Shown piece by piece: positions 1 through 13,900 of a DNA stretch of 64,000 nucleotides. Location of the stretch: contig CM097886.1 in NCBI GenBank assembly GCA_044892525.1, forward strand, positions 47,120,001-47,184,000, given 5' to 3'. A program made the position numbers and the translations under genes. The notes below the pieces were generated by a model that did not search any database, had not been told where the DNA came from, and worked only from the letters and a program-made list of their open reading frames with translations. The stretch comes from Schmidtea polychroa. Taxonomy: Eukaryota. Position 1 is the first letter of the stretch. Each line of letters opens with the position of its first letter.

Positions 1-1367
1 ATACTCTGAAAGGAGAATCTTTGAAAATTTTGAAATATATTGTCTTTTTCAAAAATATAGAGAATGTAAAAATCTGTCTTTATGCTGGCCAAAACTTTTC
101 ATATTTCTTTCAGGCAGTTAAAATTACGTTTGATATTCCCAAAAAACTAGTGAGTTTTCTAACTCGTTATCAATTATCAAGCCCCGGTGTAATTTTGTCC
201 TTTTCGCAAATTTGTTCTACTCGAAGCCAATTTTAATGACCACGAAGTTTTCGTATCTCCGTCGGAATTTTATTAAATCCAGGAAAAAAGATTCCCTGAG
301 CTAGACAATGTTTCTTAATATATACAAGTCTACACCATGCATGTTTAATATATAGACAATATACCTTAGATTTGTAAGTCCAAATAATAATATTGATTTT
401 TAGTTCTAAACAAATATTTCAGTGCTAAATCTGTTTGGTGTAATGTTGAGACTTTTGATAAAACAAGATGACTGTGATATCATAGTATTGATTTTTAGAT
501 GATTATCGATTTTTTGTGCACAAATGTGCAATCAATTGAAAATATGTGCAGAATAATTTTAATGAAAATATGATCAAATCTTTGTTGATTATGTTTGGCA
601 TTTGATTATAGATCTCTAAGTTTCTCTAACAAATTTTAATTAACTATATTTATTTTGTTTAACTCAGAAATGTCTGCTTCTCAAAATGATTAAAAGTATT
701 TTCAAGAAATATATATTTTCAATTTGTCAAATAACCAAGATTATTTTCCAAATCATATTTTATATCATTTGACTCGTCATGAAAAAATTGTTTAATAACT
801 TTAAATTTTCTAGTTTGTCAAAAAATGATGTAATAAAATTAATGAATAAGATAAAATTATATTATAGTCACAGTTCTATTAAATAATATTGAAATTATGG
901 TTTCTGAAAATTTGTTTGAATACTTCAAATTAATGAGATGAATATTTATTTGAAATTTAATTATTATGAATTCAAAAATCAATATTACAATTGACAATTC
1001 ATTCTGGAATTTTACAAAGCAAAGAAAACTATATAGATTAATTCTGAATATTTTTGAGTTGCTATAAATATTTGTTACAGTTGTCATGTTTTGATGTTTT
1101 TGGCCTTAGATTTATCCATGTTAAGTAGAAACATGATTAAATCGAGCCATTATTTCAATATTAAATCTTCTATAACCAGTAAAATGTATACAGTATTCAA
1201 TGCTTAGATATTTAAACAATTAATGTATGCCGCCAGAAGAACATGACATTCAAATGAAAACAACTTTACGATTTTTCGCTACTTATGGCCTTTGAAACCA
1301 GAAAATAGTAGAAAAGATTCAATTTGGGAATGATGAGTCAAACTAAACTTTAGCAGATAAAGGTTAA

Positions 1368-1722
1368 GGTACTTCCGTGTTATCTTACCCCCAAAAATTA
1401 AATTAAAAAAGAACACATGTAATTATTATATTTATTTTCTAAATAACAGTTACAAACTCAGCAAATGTTTGTAAAGAGTTTGTAAATGTTCATCCAGGTG
1501 GCCAGAAAACCACAATGTCGTTGAGAATAGTGTCGAACACATCGGCACTGTTGCTTAGAACACGTTTGCGCCATATAAACTCACATAATCACATAAATCA
1601 CAGATAGCTTTAATAAATTCATGTTCAATAACGTCATCAATAATGTATTCTCTCATTTTTTATATTGTTATTTTAATTGTATTTTAATTTAATTTTTGGG
1701 GGTAAGATAACACGGAAGTACC
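1368..1722 (-). mobile_element. Merlin (IS1016/IS1595-like) non-autonomous deletion derivative
   Basis: TIR of about 40 bp GGTACTTCCGTGTTATCTTACCCCCAAAAATTAAATTAAAA at both ends; perfect 8-bp TSD AAGGTTAA (1360-1367 and 1723-1730); minus-strand interior reads CEFIWRKRVLSNSADVFDTILNDIVVFWPPG*, like a Merlin transposase C-terminus. Confidence 0.82.
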
Positions 1723-2468
1723 AAGGTTAATCTTGGATAAGTAATATAAACCTTTTTTTGTTTGGTTTTGATAATCTAAAAAAATCAACTTCTTCAGTAA
1801 TTTTACACATGCAGATACTCCATGATCATTTATATAGACTATTTTCTTTTATCTGTTTTTTCTTCCCTTAAACAAATTTACCCGTCAAAACTTAAAAAAT
1901 TCTTTCAATTTCATCAAAACAAAACAAACGATTGTTCTGAGTAAATAAATAAATTAAAAATTTATCGGAATAAATAAAGTTCTAACAAACGAATTGTCAA
2001 AACTGCCGATGCTCCAGCTGACAGCATGCACCATTGAAAATTCATCAAAAAATTTATTAAATATATTTTCAATAAAAAATTATCAAAGATATATAATTGT
2101 ACGCGGTGAAAATTATTCATATAATTATCCACGAATAATTTTGTCAAACAATTACCAGAAATATTTCCCCTTCAAAATTTCCCTTGAAAATGAAACAATT
2201 TTAATTTTATTTTTCATTTTGTTTTAATTTAAATCTAAATTCCAAGAAGTTCGTTTTTGTAATATTAATGTTTGAATAAAATTACTTTAGAAAATGTAAT
2301 ATTAAATATCGGAAACTTTAATAAAAACACACTGATTTAATTTTAAAATATTTTTAGTCAAATTCTAATAATTTTAGTTTAAACATTTTGTGTATAAATA
2401 TATGTGTACCATTAAGTTCTATATGATGACTAAGCGCTTCATTAGGTTATATTTTGTTTATATGTGTG

Positions 2469-2846
2469 TTTAATTTTCATAGTTGGTGGGGCCAAAAACT
2501 AATATTTCTTTTTGCATACAATCAGCAATATCAGGATACATTGTGGAATCATCTGATACAACTGTATTGCTATATAAATCTTTACGAATATCATTATGTT
2601 CTTATAAGTCGCTTCATGAATATCAGCAGTTTGTATTCCCAATAATGATGGTGGGAACAAAGCTTCTAGACATCTGAATCTTTCATTTCCAATGATAATA
2701 ACTTGATAATCTGGTAATAGTAACATTAAAGTGGTACTAGTTTGCATTTTTTGTTAAAAATCAGGCTGAATGTACTACAGTTTTTCTTTAATATCTCGAA
2801 CAGTTTCTCTTTCGGCTGTAATTGAAAAATTGTAGCCTCGTTGAGT
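2469..2846 (-). pseudogene. act: Actin pseudogene fragment (about residues 194-328)
   Basis: Minus strand reads [92 protein letters not shown], matching actin [23 protein letters not shown]..MKIK, with stops and frameshifts. Confidence 0.92.
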
Positions 2847-3269
2847 ACATATATCTTCCAATTAAAGTTTTGACCGGGATTTGTATTGAATCTTACTTTT
2901 TATTCTTATTAAATAATTACAAACCAATTTAAGCCAATATTTTTTTAATTAAAAAGTTTAAGAGCTTTAAGGAATAAAAATTAAAATGCAAGGTATTAAG
3001 TTTGGAACTAGTTTTTAAAGAGAAGAAAAAGAATTTTAAAAACTTTCAGTAATTTGAAATTTTTTATTTGTACTTTAAATTTTATTTAATTAAATTTAAA
3101 CCAATGAAAAAAACAGAAAATGAAAATACAAAAGAAGAAAACAAGCATTTGAAAATTCCAGTTAAATTCTAACAGGTTTAAAAAGAAAATTTTTTCAATA
3201 GAAAATTTTTCATGAATTAAATATTTTCTTGTAAAGGCTTATCAATTCATATACATACTTAACAGGTAA

Positions 3270-3387
3270 TTTATGCTGCTACCAAGAAACCATCATTTAA
3301 TACTAGTGATGAATATAATAAAATTATTAATATTATTAATGCTGTTAAATTTTTCATTAAATACATTATTTGCAGCAAAAGGCTCAA
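3270..3387 (+). mobile_element. Penelope-like RT remnant running into an assembly gap
   Basis: Degraded KKPSFNTSDEYIKLL..NTL(Y)LQQKG resembles the segment just before the GxxMG motif of the PLE at 17.6-19.2 kb; cut off by Ns. Confidence 0.4.
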
Positions 3388-3540
3388 NNNNNNNNNNNNN
3401 NNNNNNNNNNNNNNNNNNNNNNNNNNNNNNNNNNNNNNNNNNNNNNNNNNNNNNNNNNNNNNNNNNNNNNNNNNNNNNNNNNNNNNNNNNNNNNNNNNNN
3501 NNNNNNNNNNNNNNNNNNNNNNNNNNNNNNNNNNNNNNNN
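3388..3540. other. Assembly gap (N run)
   Basis: Run of N. Confidence 1.
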
Positions 3541-5207
3541 TATCAATCAGTAAAGATATCGATTTTTTTATATCCAGAAACTTTCGGCTTAGATTATTTC
3601 AAGTGATTGAAAAATTGATAAATACAAATAAATACAAATACAAATTTGTATACAAATAAATAAATACAAATAAATAAATAAATAAATACAATGTCAATTG
3701 AAAAAAAAATGAGATGTAAAAATTGAAAGAAGTTCCTATAATATTATTATTATTATTTGGAAATATATTTTTATTGAAATTATTAACTTTTGAAATTAAT
3801 TTGATTGAGAAATACCTTACTTTTTGATTATAAATCATAATCATAAATGATAATCAAGGGTCTGAATGCTGGTAGATCTTTGAAAATAATATCCGAATAT
3901 TTTCTTAAAGTCTGACCTACCATTGTTTGATGCTTGAAGATCCAATGGTACCTTCTTGTTCAGCACACAGAACTTTATATGAACTAACAAAATTTATGAA
4001 ACTTCTATGTTAAATGAACTCTTATAGAAATTCCAAGTATAATTTTAACAAAAAAATAAAATTTTATACAACTTTAAATGAAAAAATGTAACTTTATCTT
4101 TTCAGTGTAGCATATCACATGTAAATTTCACAAGATTCAATTTTGAAATACTCAACTCTCAAAAAAATTACCCATTTCTAGATACGGTGAAGTCCTCACT
4201 GAGGTTTTATTAGAACCTCTGTCCTTCTTCACCATTGATCTTTTTTCAATTACTTTTATCTTGAATTATTAAACTATTGATCAATATTATGTTTCATATT
4301 TAACAAGAATTTTCATTCCTATTTTAACACGGTTACATTCTCCCGTGGAAAAGTCATGTTGCTACCTAATGAAAAGTCTTTCTACTAAAAAACTAAAGAA
4401 AAATATGATGTCTTAGAAAATTTTAAAATAATTTATCTTCAGAATGAGTACCCTAAAACATTTGTATCAATGTCTTCTAATGGATTACCGTTCAACGGGT
4501 TTAACACTAGGATACTAGGTTGTTCAGAATTTGCTTTTGTGTTAGTTGGCCGGTGCTGCCCGTATTTTGAGTCAGTGGGATATTATTGAGGTTGGGTTTG
4601 GAAAAGGTGAGAAAACGAAGAATGATTACATAAAATGTACATTTATTGATTTCAGTATTTGCAATAATGAAAGCAGGTTCTTATATTAATATTTGTTTAA
4701 AAATGACATTTTTTGTTTAACTAACTGGAGCAAAAATTAATATTTTATTTGAAGAACCAACTCTGAAATAGACAACATATACCTGATCATGATAAAAGCA
4801 AAGGGTTTATAAGTTTATATATAAAGTTTATATATAAAGGGTTTATATGATAATAAATGAATACCTGCGCACTTTATAGAATGTCCTTAAGTATTGTTAT
4901 TTGTCATGGCTCATGCTAATCTTACTGTAAATTGAAGTAGTTTACAGTCGAAAGCCATACACGCCGGCATTATTTGAATGTGTGATTTAAAAATATAATT
5001 AATTAAATTAATTAAAATTATTAACAATTTAATAAATGATAATGCAAATCTATGTTGTTTATTGATGTTTTTAGTTTAATTTCTTATCTATATATTGCTA
5101 GATAGGGGTCCTTTTTGCAGATTTGTTTTAACAAGATTACCGAAGGAGAATTATTTGTATAAATATATTTAGAATATAACTTCGATGTGGCTTATCTAAA
5201 TATAGAC

Positions 5208-5526
5208 CAGTGCTTCTTAAACTTTTTTCATTCGCGACCCCATTAATGATTGTAAACCTTTTTTGCGACCCCTTATAATTTAAAATAAAGATATATAAAT
5301 TTTTTGTGAAGATTTATTAATTAAGTAATAATATAAATACATATGACAAAATTGACGTTTCAGAGTTGGTCACTACGGACAAATTTCCATTTGCCTAATG
5401 AGTAGGGAAACATACGACAATTATGCAATTTTATGTATTTGAATATTTTATATAAAAATTTCGCGACCCCAATATTTCGCTAGGCGACCCCAAATGGGGT
5501 CGCGACCCATAGTTTAAGAAGCCCTG
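5208..5526. mobile_element. hAT (Charlie-like) MITE
   Basis: TIR CAGTGCTTCTTAAACT versus CAGGGCTTCTTAAACT (15/16); 8-bp TSD ATATAGAC/ATCTAGAC (7/8); internal GCGACCC subterminal repeats. Confidence 0.8.
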
Positions 5527-7218
5527 ATCTAGACAATTCTCATATCTAAAAATTATATGAAATAGTCTTCTTTTTATATCACGAGCCGTAGTTTGGAGAC
5601 CCCTGATCTACTCGATTATTCTTTTTTCAAAAACAAATTGAAGTATGAAAAACATTTTATAAAGTATCATTTATGTTCATTGATTGATATCTCCGTACCC
5701 CCCAAGGGACTAAACGTGAGGTATCTATAAAACATTCAGAAATATATTGCATTTTATTGCAATCTCTTTCTTTCCAGTTCGTATTTTCTATTTCAAATTA
5801 TAAAAATAACAATAAATAGACATTCTTTATACTTCTTAAATTGTAATTTTAAAATTAAAAAATATGCACTTTAATGTTAGATTTTTTTTTATTTTCAATT
5901 ATATTTGAAAATAAATATTCCTAACATATTTATTTGTTTTTATTTCTCCCGATTCTCATATTATTTATTTAAATAATCGAGGATTTGGGATATATAATTA
6001 ATTCTTTACATATATTTATTTACGTCAAACAATAAAAATTAAATAAATTTTCTAGTTTTTCTAAATTTTTGTTGTCATTTTTGAGCTGTTCTCTTTTTTT
6101 TCGATGAGATTTATTTTAGAAGATTAATTTGTCAAGTTTCGGTATTATAAAAAAATAACACAGATTTTAAGAGCCTTTTTTAATTTTTCGAAAAATAAAA
6201 TTTATTCATCCAATAAATCCTTTTTAAATATAATTTTGTGTAATTTAATGATTTCTGTAATGATTTGGTTATCTACACTCCCCCCAAATTTTATTATTAT
6301 TGTTTTTTCCAAATAAAAAACTATATAGTTTAATTCTCTATAATAATCTATTACTATAGAGAATTAAAAATTTTAATATAAAAAATCTCCCATTTCAAAT
6401 CAAGAAAGAAGGATTGGAATCAAGATGAATGCATAGTAAAAATTGAAAATTTGGAATAAAATAATCTAAAGAAGAATATGAAGTTTTTTTTCTGTGTTAA
6501 TAAAAGTGTTATTATTTATTATAGTTATTATTTGTTATATAATTGTTATTCTTACATTGCCATATTGATGTTATATACAATCACCCCAGCAGTCCCGACT
6601 CAAGTTTTTAAGGTGACGCTGCTGGGTACCACAGATTTCTTACGCAGACACATTACATTACAACACAATACATTGCACAATATACGTTTTGAAATAATAA
6701 ATAATGATAAAAACATCGATTATATATATTTAATAATCTTTGAAAATAAAATTATTATTGATAAATTCACAAATACTGATCAATTGATGTAAATTATGAA
6801 AGATTTTAAAAACAAAAAATTTTTATAAATAAACAAAACGAAAGAACTGGCAAAAAGGTTCATATTAATAACAAATTGCAATTTCAAATATTTATTTCTG
6901 AAACAATCAAGTAGTTATAAAATAAACTCTTCTTCAAAGGTCTAGGAGGCGTCTTATTTTAATTTCTCTTAACCAATAAGTAAATAAGGGAAATGTCTAA
7001 ATTAAAATTCAAGTCAAAACACAAACCAAATATTCAACCATATTATTCAATTCTATAATGGATAATTATGCCAATAGCTATTGTTTACAAAAATATATTT
7101 TCCTCTTGATTTTCAATTTCAATTTATTTTTTATTTAAACTTATTATTACTTTTAGAGAAAAAAATGTGATTTAATATACTTTCTTCTTATTTCTTCTTT
7201 TTCTTCTTCTTTTATTTA

Positions 7219-7402
7219 NNNNNNNNNNNNNNNNNNNNNNNNNNNNNNNNNNNNNNNNNNNNNNNNNNNNNNNNNNNNNNNNNNNNNNNNNNNNNNNNNN
7301 NNNNNNNNNNNNNNNNNNNNNNNNNNNNNNNNNNNNNNNNNNNNNNNNNNNNNNNNNNNNNNNNNNNNNNNNNNNNNNNNNNNNNNNNNNNNNNNNNNNN
7401 NN
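7219..7402. other. Assembly gap (N run)
   Basis: Run of N. Confidence 1.
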
Positions 7403-7815
7403 TTTTAATATTTAAAGAAATGAAATAATACTTTTTTCTCATCTCAGTATTCTCAGAATCAAAAAAATAATCCGTATGACAATTTATATTCAAACGAATG
7501 GCAAAAATAATTTTTCATGTTTCATATTGAAATTATTTAATTATTTTTCGAGTTATAAAATATGTGCTTCAAAATCTTTAAAAATTGGAAATATTTCATT
7601 TGGTACCGCCAGAAAATTTATTTATAAATTTTACTATATTTCTGAAATAACATTATATCCTTTGAAAAAATTGTAAAAATTTAAATAAAAGTTAGAATTA
7701 ATAAAACATATAAACACAATTTTCAAAAATTATTTAATTCATATATATAGAAGTAACAAATCACAAAATAAAACCATTTCTTATTTTTCGTATGAAATCA
7801 TGGACACTTAAATAT

Positions 7816-8116
7816 CTATGCCATATCGTTTCTTTTACCAAGCCTCATCAGTCTGACAGCTTTCTTTCCCATTCTCATCAATCGGACGGCTCGTTTTCCC
7901 ATTCTCATTAACCGATACGCTCGTTTGTCAAGTTCATGATCATCATTTGTATCATACTCCTCATCGTACTGATTTGAGTGGACATCAATTGTTTGAACAA
8001 AAATGACTATAAAAAGATTGATCACAATATTAGAATAATAAACTCAATTTGACAAAACAAATTTAATAAACCTTACAGAGCATCATCATGAAAATAAAAT
8101 ATGTTAATTTTGACAT
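7816..8116 (-). CDS. mpl-1: Myomodulin-like neuropeptide prohormone, 76 aa; exons 8077-8116 and 7816-8006
   Basis: Splicing over a 70-nt GTAAG..TTTTTATAG intron gives MSKLTYFIFMMMLFIFVQTIDVHSNQYDEEYDTNDDHELDKR-AYRLMRMG-KR-AVRLMRMG-KK-AVRLMRLG-KRNDMA*: signal peptide, acidic spacer and three Gly-extended peptides between dibasic sites. AVRLMRLamide is the flatworm npp-6/mpl signature. Confidence 0.93.
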
Positions 8117-8167
8117 TGTTTTGGGAATGTTCAATCACGTTTAGTTCGGATTTTTCAAAATCTCTGA

Positions 8168-8175
8168 TTTTTATA
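8168..8175 (-). promoter_or_regulatory. Candidate TATA box of mpl-1
   Basis: GGCTTATAAAAA on the minus strand about 52 nt upstream of the ATG; TATA-like strings are frequent in AT-rich DNA. Confidence 0.45.
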
Positions 8176-9008
8176 AGCCATTTCCTGTGATTTGATAGGT
8201 TGAAAATCTGAAATCGGAGAAAATGATGCAAAATCAAGGAGAAATGTGATTTGGTGAAATCGCAAATATTATTATAGACATTCTCACTTCCGCAATAATT
8301 TCTATGGAATCAATGGAATTTAAATTGATGATAAATTATCATGGGCCATCATATCTCTGACCCGACGCAGCTTAATCAAGATTTCCGATGCATAACTAGA
8401 TTTAAAATTTTCTGCTTGTTTAAATATAAATTAAATATGTTCTATTTTCTGATTTTATTTTGCTAAATTCAAAAATATGATGAATATTATTGAAAAAAAT
8501 TTATTAAAAAGTTTCTTTTTTTAATTATTATTTTTAAATAAATTTCAATATTTTTAAGGGTTAGTTTTTCTAATAATGACATTTTATTTGTTAGTGACAT
8601 TTTTGTTATTTATTACACATATTTAGTTCTCCAAAAATAAATTTCATTGAATATAAGAAATGCAACTAGGAGTATAAAAAATAAGTAGTAAATAAAGTTT
8701 ATTATAATACCAAAATTTATTCATTTTTGTGTAAATAAATATTATTAAAAATATACTTGATAATTCTTGATATTTAATAATTATTTTACAATCAGAGATT
8801 ATTAAGAAAAATAAAGAAAAAATAAGGTGAATTACAACGAGGAGAATTTATCAGGAATCGTTTTAATGCTGAGTTACAATAAAATGCGGCAATAAGGGTC
8901 ACAAAAAATATAAAAGATGAAATTAAAAAAAATTAAAACGTTGACAAAAATTAATTTAATTTGTAACAATAAACAAATTAGCGAATCAACAATAAAATTA
9001 TTTAATTT

Positions 9009-9009
<1 letters not shown>

Positions 9010-9091
<82 letters not shown>
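9010..9091. repeat. (TAA)n microsatellite
   Basis: Perfect AAT run; similar runs near 51930-51980, 53270-53320, 55515-55560 and 60320-60373. Confidence 0.98.
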
Positions 9092-9092
<1 letters not shown>

Positions 9093-9285
9093 TTTTTTTT
9101 AATTTCTGAATTATATTTTGAAATTCATCAATTCCTTTTTCAAGTAGCAAATAAAAATTAATCGAAAAAATATTGTACTATTTATTTTTGAAATATTTAG
9201 ATTTTTAAATAATTTTCAGTGATAATGAAATGAAATAATTTTCTGTCAATGAAACTAAATTATTATGCATTTGAAACGAATTTCT

Positions 9286-9289
<4 letters not shown>

Positions 9290-9352
<63 letters not shown>
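9290..9352. repeat. (TA)n microsatellite
   Basis: Perfect TA run; others near 10591-10612, 17375-17452, 40485-40510 and 55680-55722. Confidence 0.98.
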
Positions 9353-9355
<3 letters not shown>

Positions 9356-10237
9356 AAATTAAAAGATCGTATTAAAAACGCCAGAAAAATCTACAGTAAA
9401 ATTAAAACAAAGGAAATAATTTTTTCTACAGAGTATGGGATTCCAATTCAGACCATACGCCTGTCTTCATCGAAGGCCTCTTTTAAAGGTTTCATTACTT
9501 TCAAAATTCTATATTTCTTCTCAATTTTCATGCATTATTTTTTTTCGCGTTCATTTAATTCGCCAGGTTTTCTATTCCTCAAAATATCTGCATATTTGTA
9601 ATTTCGAATTTCTTTTCTGGTGTTTTCAGAGCTTAAGAATTTTGAATTTCATAATTATTTCTCTTTATATTTATAATGAAAATAATTTGTTTCATGTAAA
9701 AATTTGATTTCCTCATAAATAAATATTGTAATTTTGAATATATTTTTGTTTGAATGACGTTTTATTATTGACTATTTTGCAATAGCAGATCAAGTCAAGT
9801 TGATCCCCAAGCGGTAAAGTTTTTGAGTCCTCAAACTGAAGTTAGAAATAAAAGTTTCAAGAAAACTCTCATTAAGTTATTAACAGAAAAGAATGGTAAT
9901 CAAATAATTTATACCACAAAACATTAAATAAATTTATTAAAAAATATATGTTTTAATTTTTGCAAATTCATCAATTAGTTTGGCAGTGTTAATTCAGTTC
10001 CGGCTCTTTAAATAATTTTTTATATATACCACAAAACACAATTTTGATTAATTTCTTTCGGTTTACAAATTAAATAAAGCATAACGAACTTTTGCATGGC
10101 ATGATGTTTCAAAATAAATCAAAATAAATTCATTTATATCAGAAAACTTAAAAAGAAAATTTTCACTTATCACCACATGGCTATAATATTTGATGAAACA
10201 CTCTTATTATTTGGACAAGACATATAATTATTTAACC

Positions 10238-10723
10238 CAGGGTTGAGGAACCTTTTTATTTCCATAGGCCATATTTAAATTTTTCGCCTCCAAATGGGGC
10301 CGCAGCCAAAAAGTATTTTAACATTAATTAATTTCATTTTAACTCTTTTGTTTAAATACAGTTAGTAATTAAAACAATGTTTATAATCAGTCTCCTGATT
10401 TGAAAAATGCAGCTGTACGAAATATTTTGGAAAGTGTTTATTATTTCTGAATCGAAAAATTGATGTAAATAAGTCATCATTTCCTCAATAATCTTATTTA
10501 TTCGTCTACATACGTTTTGTATTTATGGGTGTGAATGATTGACTTCTATATTTCGATCTTTGTACACGGCGGGATGATTGTACAGTACGATATATATATA
10601 TATATATATATACTTTTATTTGTAAATCCTCAAAATTCATGGTTTTTTATATAAATTAAGATTTATTTCGATAGAGCTCCGGAGGCCGCATGCGGCCTAA
10701 AAGCCGCAGGTTCCTCAACCCTG
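10238..10723. mobile_element. hAT MITE
   Basis: Perfect 16-bp TIR CAGGGTTGAGGAACCT; perfect 8-bp TSD ATTTAACC (10230-10237 and 10724-10731). Confidence 0.9.
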
Positions 10724-10729
10724 ATTTAA

Positions 10730-10940
10730 CCCATTAAGTACAAACTTTTTTCTGTATTGTTAGACATATTTTAGACATAACCACATATGACAACAATGTC
10801 AAGTGAATGATGGGCTTGATATTCAGCACCACAGAGTATAGAAACTAGCGACACGAACAATTAATAAATTATTGCTGGTAACTATGAATTAATTGATAAA
10901 ATGTGAGACGTTCCAAATGGGAACATTGGTATCTAATGGG
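10730..10940. mobile_element. piggyBac-type MITE
   Basis: TTAA on both flanks; ends CCCATTAAGTAC versus CCCATTAGATAC (10/12). Confidence 0.6.
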
Positions 10941-13900
10941 TTAATATATACAAAAGAAGACTTAATTTTCTTCGAACCCTAATGAAAAGATATTTTGAAA
11001 CCTCAGGCCTTACCTGGTCACTTAATCCTCTACTGCTATTTTGATAAAACGAAATTATATTTTATGATTTGATAATATATCGAATTTTTTGACAAAACCG
11101 AATGCGAAAATTGAAACATTAATTTTATTCTAAAACTTTAAAAAACAGATTAAATTGTTTGGAATTTTCGGTATATTGTTTTTGCATGATTATTGTGCCA
11201 AAACTTTCAAAGTAATTTATTACATTATAGATGACGAAGTAACAACAGTCAATGAAGACCTTATTCTGAATTTAATTAACCGCGAAGGGTATGTTGTATC
11301 CTCATTATCCTGTATTACCTTTTTGAGAACATATTTAAATATCTGGAGTAACATGAAGAAAAATCAAAGGCATACCTAAGAGAAAGGCAGACTAGGGGAC
11401 AACAAAATGTAATTTAGAAATTTTTGGTACTATCTGTAATTTTTGACACCACGTCATATATAATAAATATAGTATTCCTAATACTTATTAATTGACTAAA
11501 TTGACTTGATGTGTCTACATCGTTTCTTCTTCTCTTTAGTAGCTGCTATAGTACATCAAATAACTTTTATTTAATTTGATAAAATAATGGTTTTGGTGGC
11601 TTAAAATATGACTCGTATCCCCGGACGTCAAACACTCGAGCTTACGCCATTGCAGAAAATGGTTATTACAAACGATTTCAAATCATCAATCAAAATTATT
11701 TCGTTTTGGTTGCAGTTGAAAACAGTTTAACTATATACCATCAAAAGATAATATTATTAGAAGCTGCTAACACATCTTCTAAATTATATTTTAAATCCGG
11801 TTCAAAAGTTAACGTCATAATTCCAAATATTTATTTTAATGAAATATTGTATAATTTCCAAACAAATTTTCAGCGTTGAATAAAATATTTTAAAAACCAT
11901 TTATTAAAATTTCGATATTTAAAATGTATTTATTTAAAAATGACTTACTAATAAAAAGCTCGTTTAATTTTTTAATTTAAAAATTTAAAAATTTCAATTT
12001 AAAAATGTTTTTAAAAGTTATTTTAAATAGTCAATTATTTATCATTTAAAATTATCTTAATAAATTATTGAAATATTTAATTATCATCTGAAAACACCTC
12101 ACAAATATAAAAGACTCAATTCAATGCAAACAAATTTTCTGATATACATTGTTATATACATTGATATACATTAAATAACAAATGGGTAGGCTTATTTGCG
12201 ACATTCCTGACATAACTTTTATTTCATTGCGTTCCCAAAATGTCAAGAAAATCGGATAGAACTCATTATTTCACTGAAAGAGGAAAAAAATAACTTTAAA
12301 AGGTAATATAACGGACAGAGAAGAAGACATTTGTTTTTGAAAATTAAGTTCTAAATATAAAATAAAACTACATATGTACACAAAATTTCAAAAAAACTTG
12401 AATTTGCATCCGTAATTGAAAGATTAGACAATAATCGTATCAACATTTAATTTGCGTAGTAAGTCAGTGTTTTGTTTTATGTTTAACATGAACTTTCGGC
12501 ACAACCTTTTCTCATTGTTAAAAATAATATTGAAGAAAGGAGATGAAGATAAATGAAATTGAAAATAAAAATAAATCTAGGTGAGATGAATGATAAATTG
12601 TAACGTTAATAAAAAATTAAATTTTATATTGAATAAAATTTACTTTTTTAATGAAATTTTAATTTAATTTATTTTAAATATTATATGAAAAAAAAGTGAA
12701 TTTAAAAATTTGATAAAATAATAATAGTAATAATAATAATAATAATAATTAAAAAATATTATAATCAAATGCAATTTTATTTATATGAATATTTTTTCCA
12801 AATATTTTTTCTAGATTCAATGTTACAAAATATATTTTACTACTTCATGTAAAATTTGAAAAACTAAAAATGTTGTATTTATTTCATTGCAGATATTTTA
12901 AGTCATAAAGTTTTACGTGAATAAGCCGCTCTAAAATTACACAACAATTTTAAAAGGAATAATTTATTATTTAAACAATAAAATTATTAAAATTTAAAAT
13001 AAAATTTTGAATTTTAGCAAAATTTTTTTTTCGGAGATTTAATATTTTATTTTTCTTAATATTTGACATAAACTTTAGTAGTGAAAGATTTATGGATTCT
13101 TACCAAAATGAAACCATTCTAAGAAACTTTTGAAACAGATTTTACTCATCATTATGGAAACCATCGAGTTAATTTATGCTAATAGAATCTTTTATAACTC
13201 TCAGCTTTTTGTAATATTTTATTTTCACTATTTCGCTTCATTTTCTCGCTTACTTTTAAAATCTGTAATTACCTAGTTTAAGCTAAAAATGTAAGTCAAT
13301 TTTTCAAAATGTCTTGTTTATGGTATTTTCTTTATATATTTATTTCGCAATAGTGATGTAATAAATACGTAATAACGACGTTGTGTTAATAATTGATCGA
13401 GAATAGTATGCAAACTGAAGAAGTTGACAATGTTATTAGCGAACTAGTTGAGATTTACAAGAACTGAACCTAAATCTGAAAGAAGAGAATTTCGTCAATT
13501 TAATCAAAAATTATTCAACGGAAATCAGCAACGCAGTTTTGATAGAACTCAGAGACTTGTAAAAAAGACTTTCAGAAAAACAGGAAGAAAATGAGTACTT
13601 AAATAATGAATAATATCATAAATAAATAAAATGACCTGGAGGAAATCCGAAAAGGGGATTGGGATAGCACTTTGGAACCTGGAAAAGAGAACGAAAGAGA
13701 AAACAATTGAGAAATGAAAATGGAGGAACAAATAAAAGAAATCAGAAAACGAAGCAGGAAAAAGGTCATTGCTAATTAATAAGTGCAAGAAAGCAAAAAG
13801 GAATTCCACAATTGGAAAACAAAAACAAAATTGGCATTTCTGAACTTTCAGAGATAACGTGGGAAATAGAAAAAATCAAAAATGACAAATTATCCTGAGT

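Noticed and set aside
21-400. ORF 21-236 and a partly open minus-strand frame (KHCLAQGIFFPGFNKIP..)
   Set aside because: Several stops and no motif I can assign; probably a TE remnant cut by the window edge.
3271-3659. ORFs containing X runs (also 7212-7493 and 52112-52507)
   Set aside because: Artefacts of translating through N gaps.
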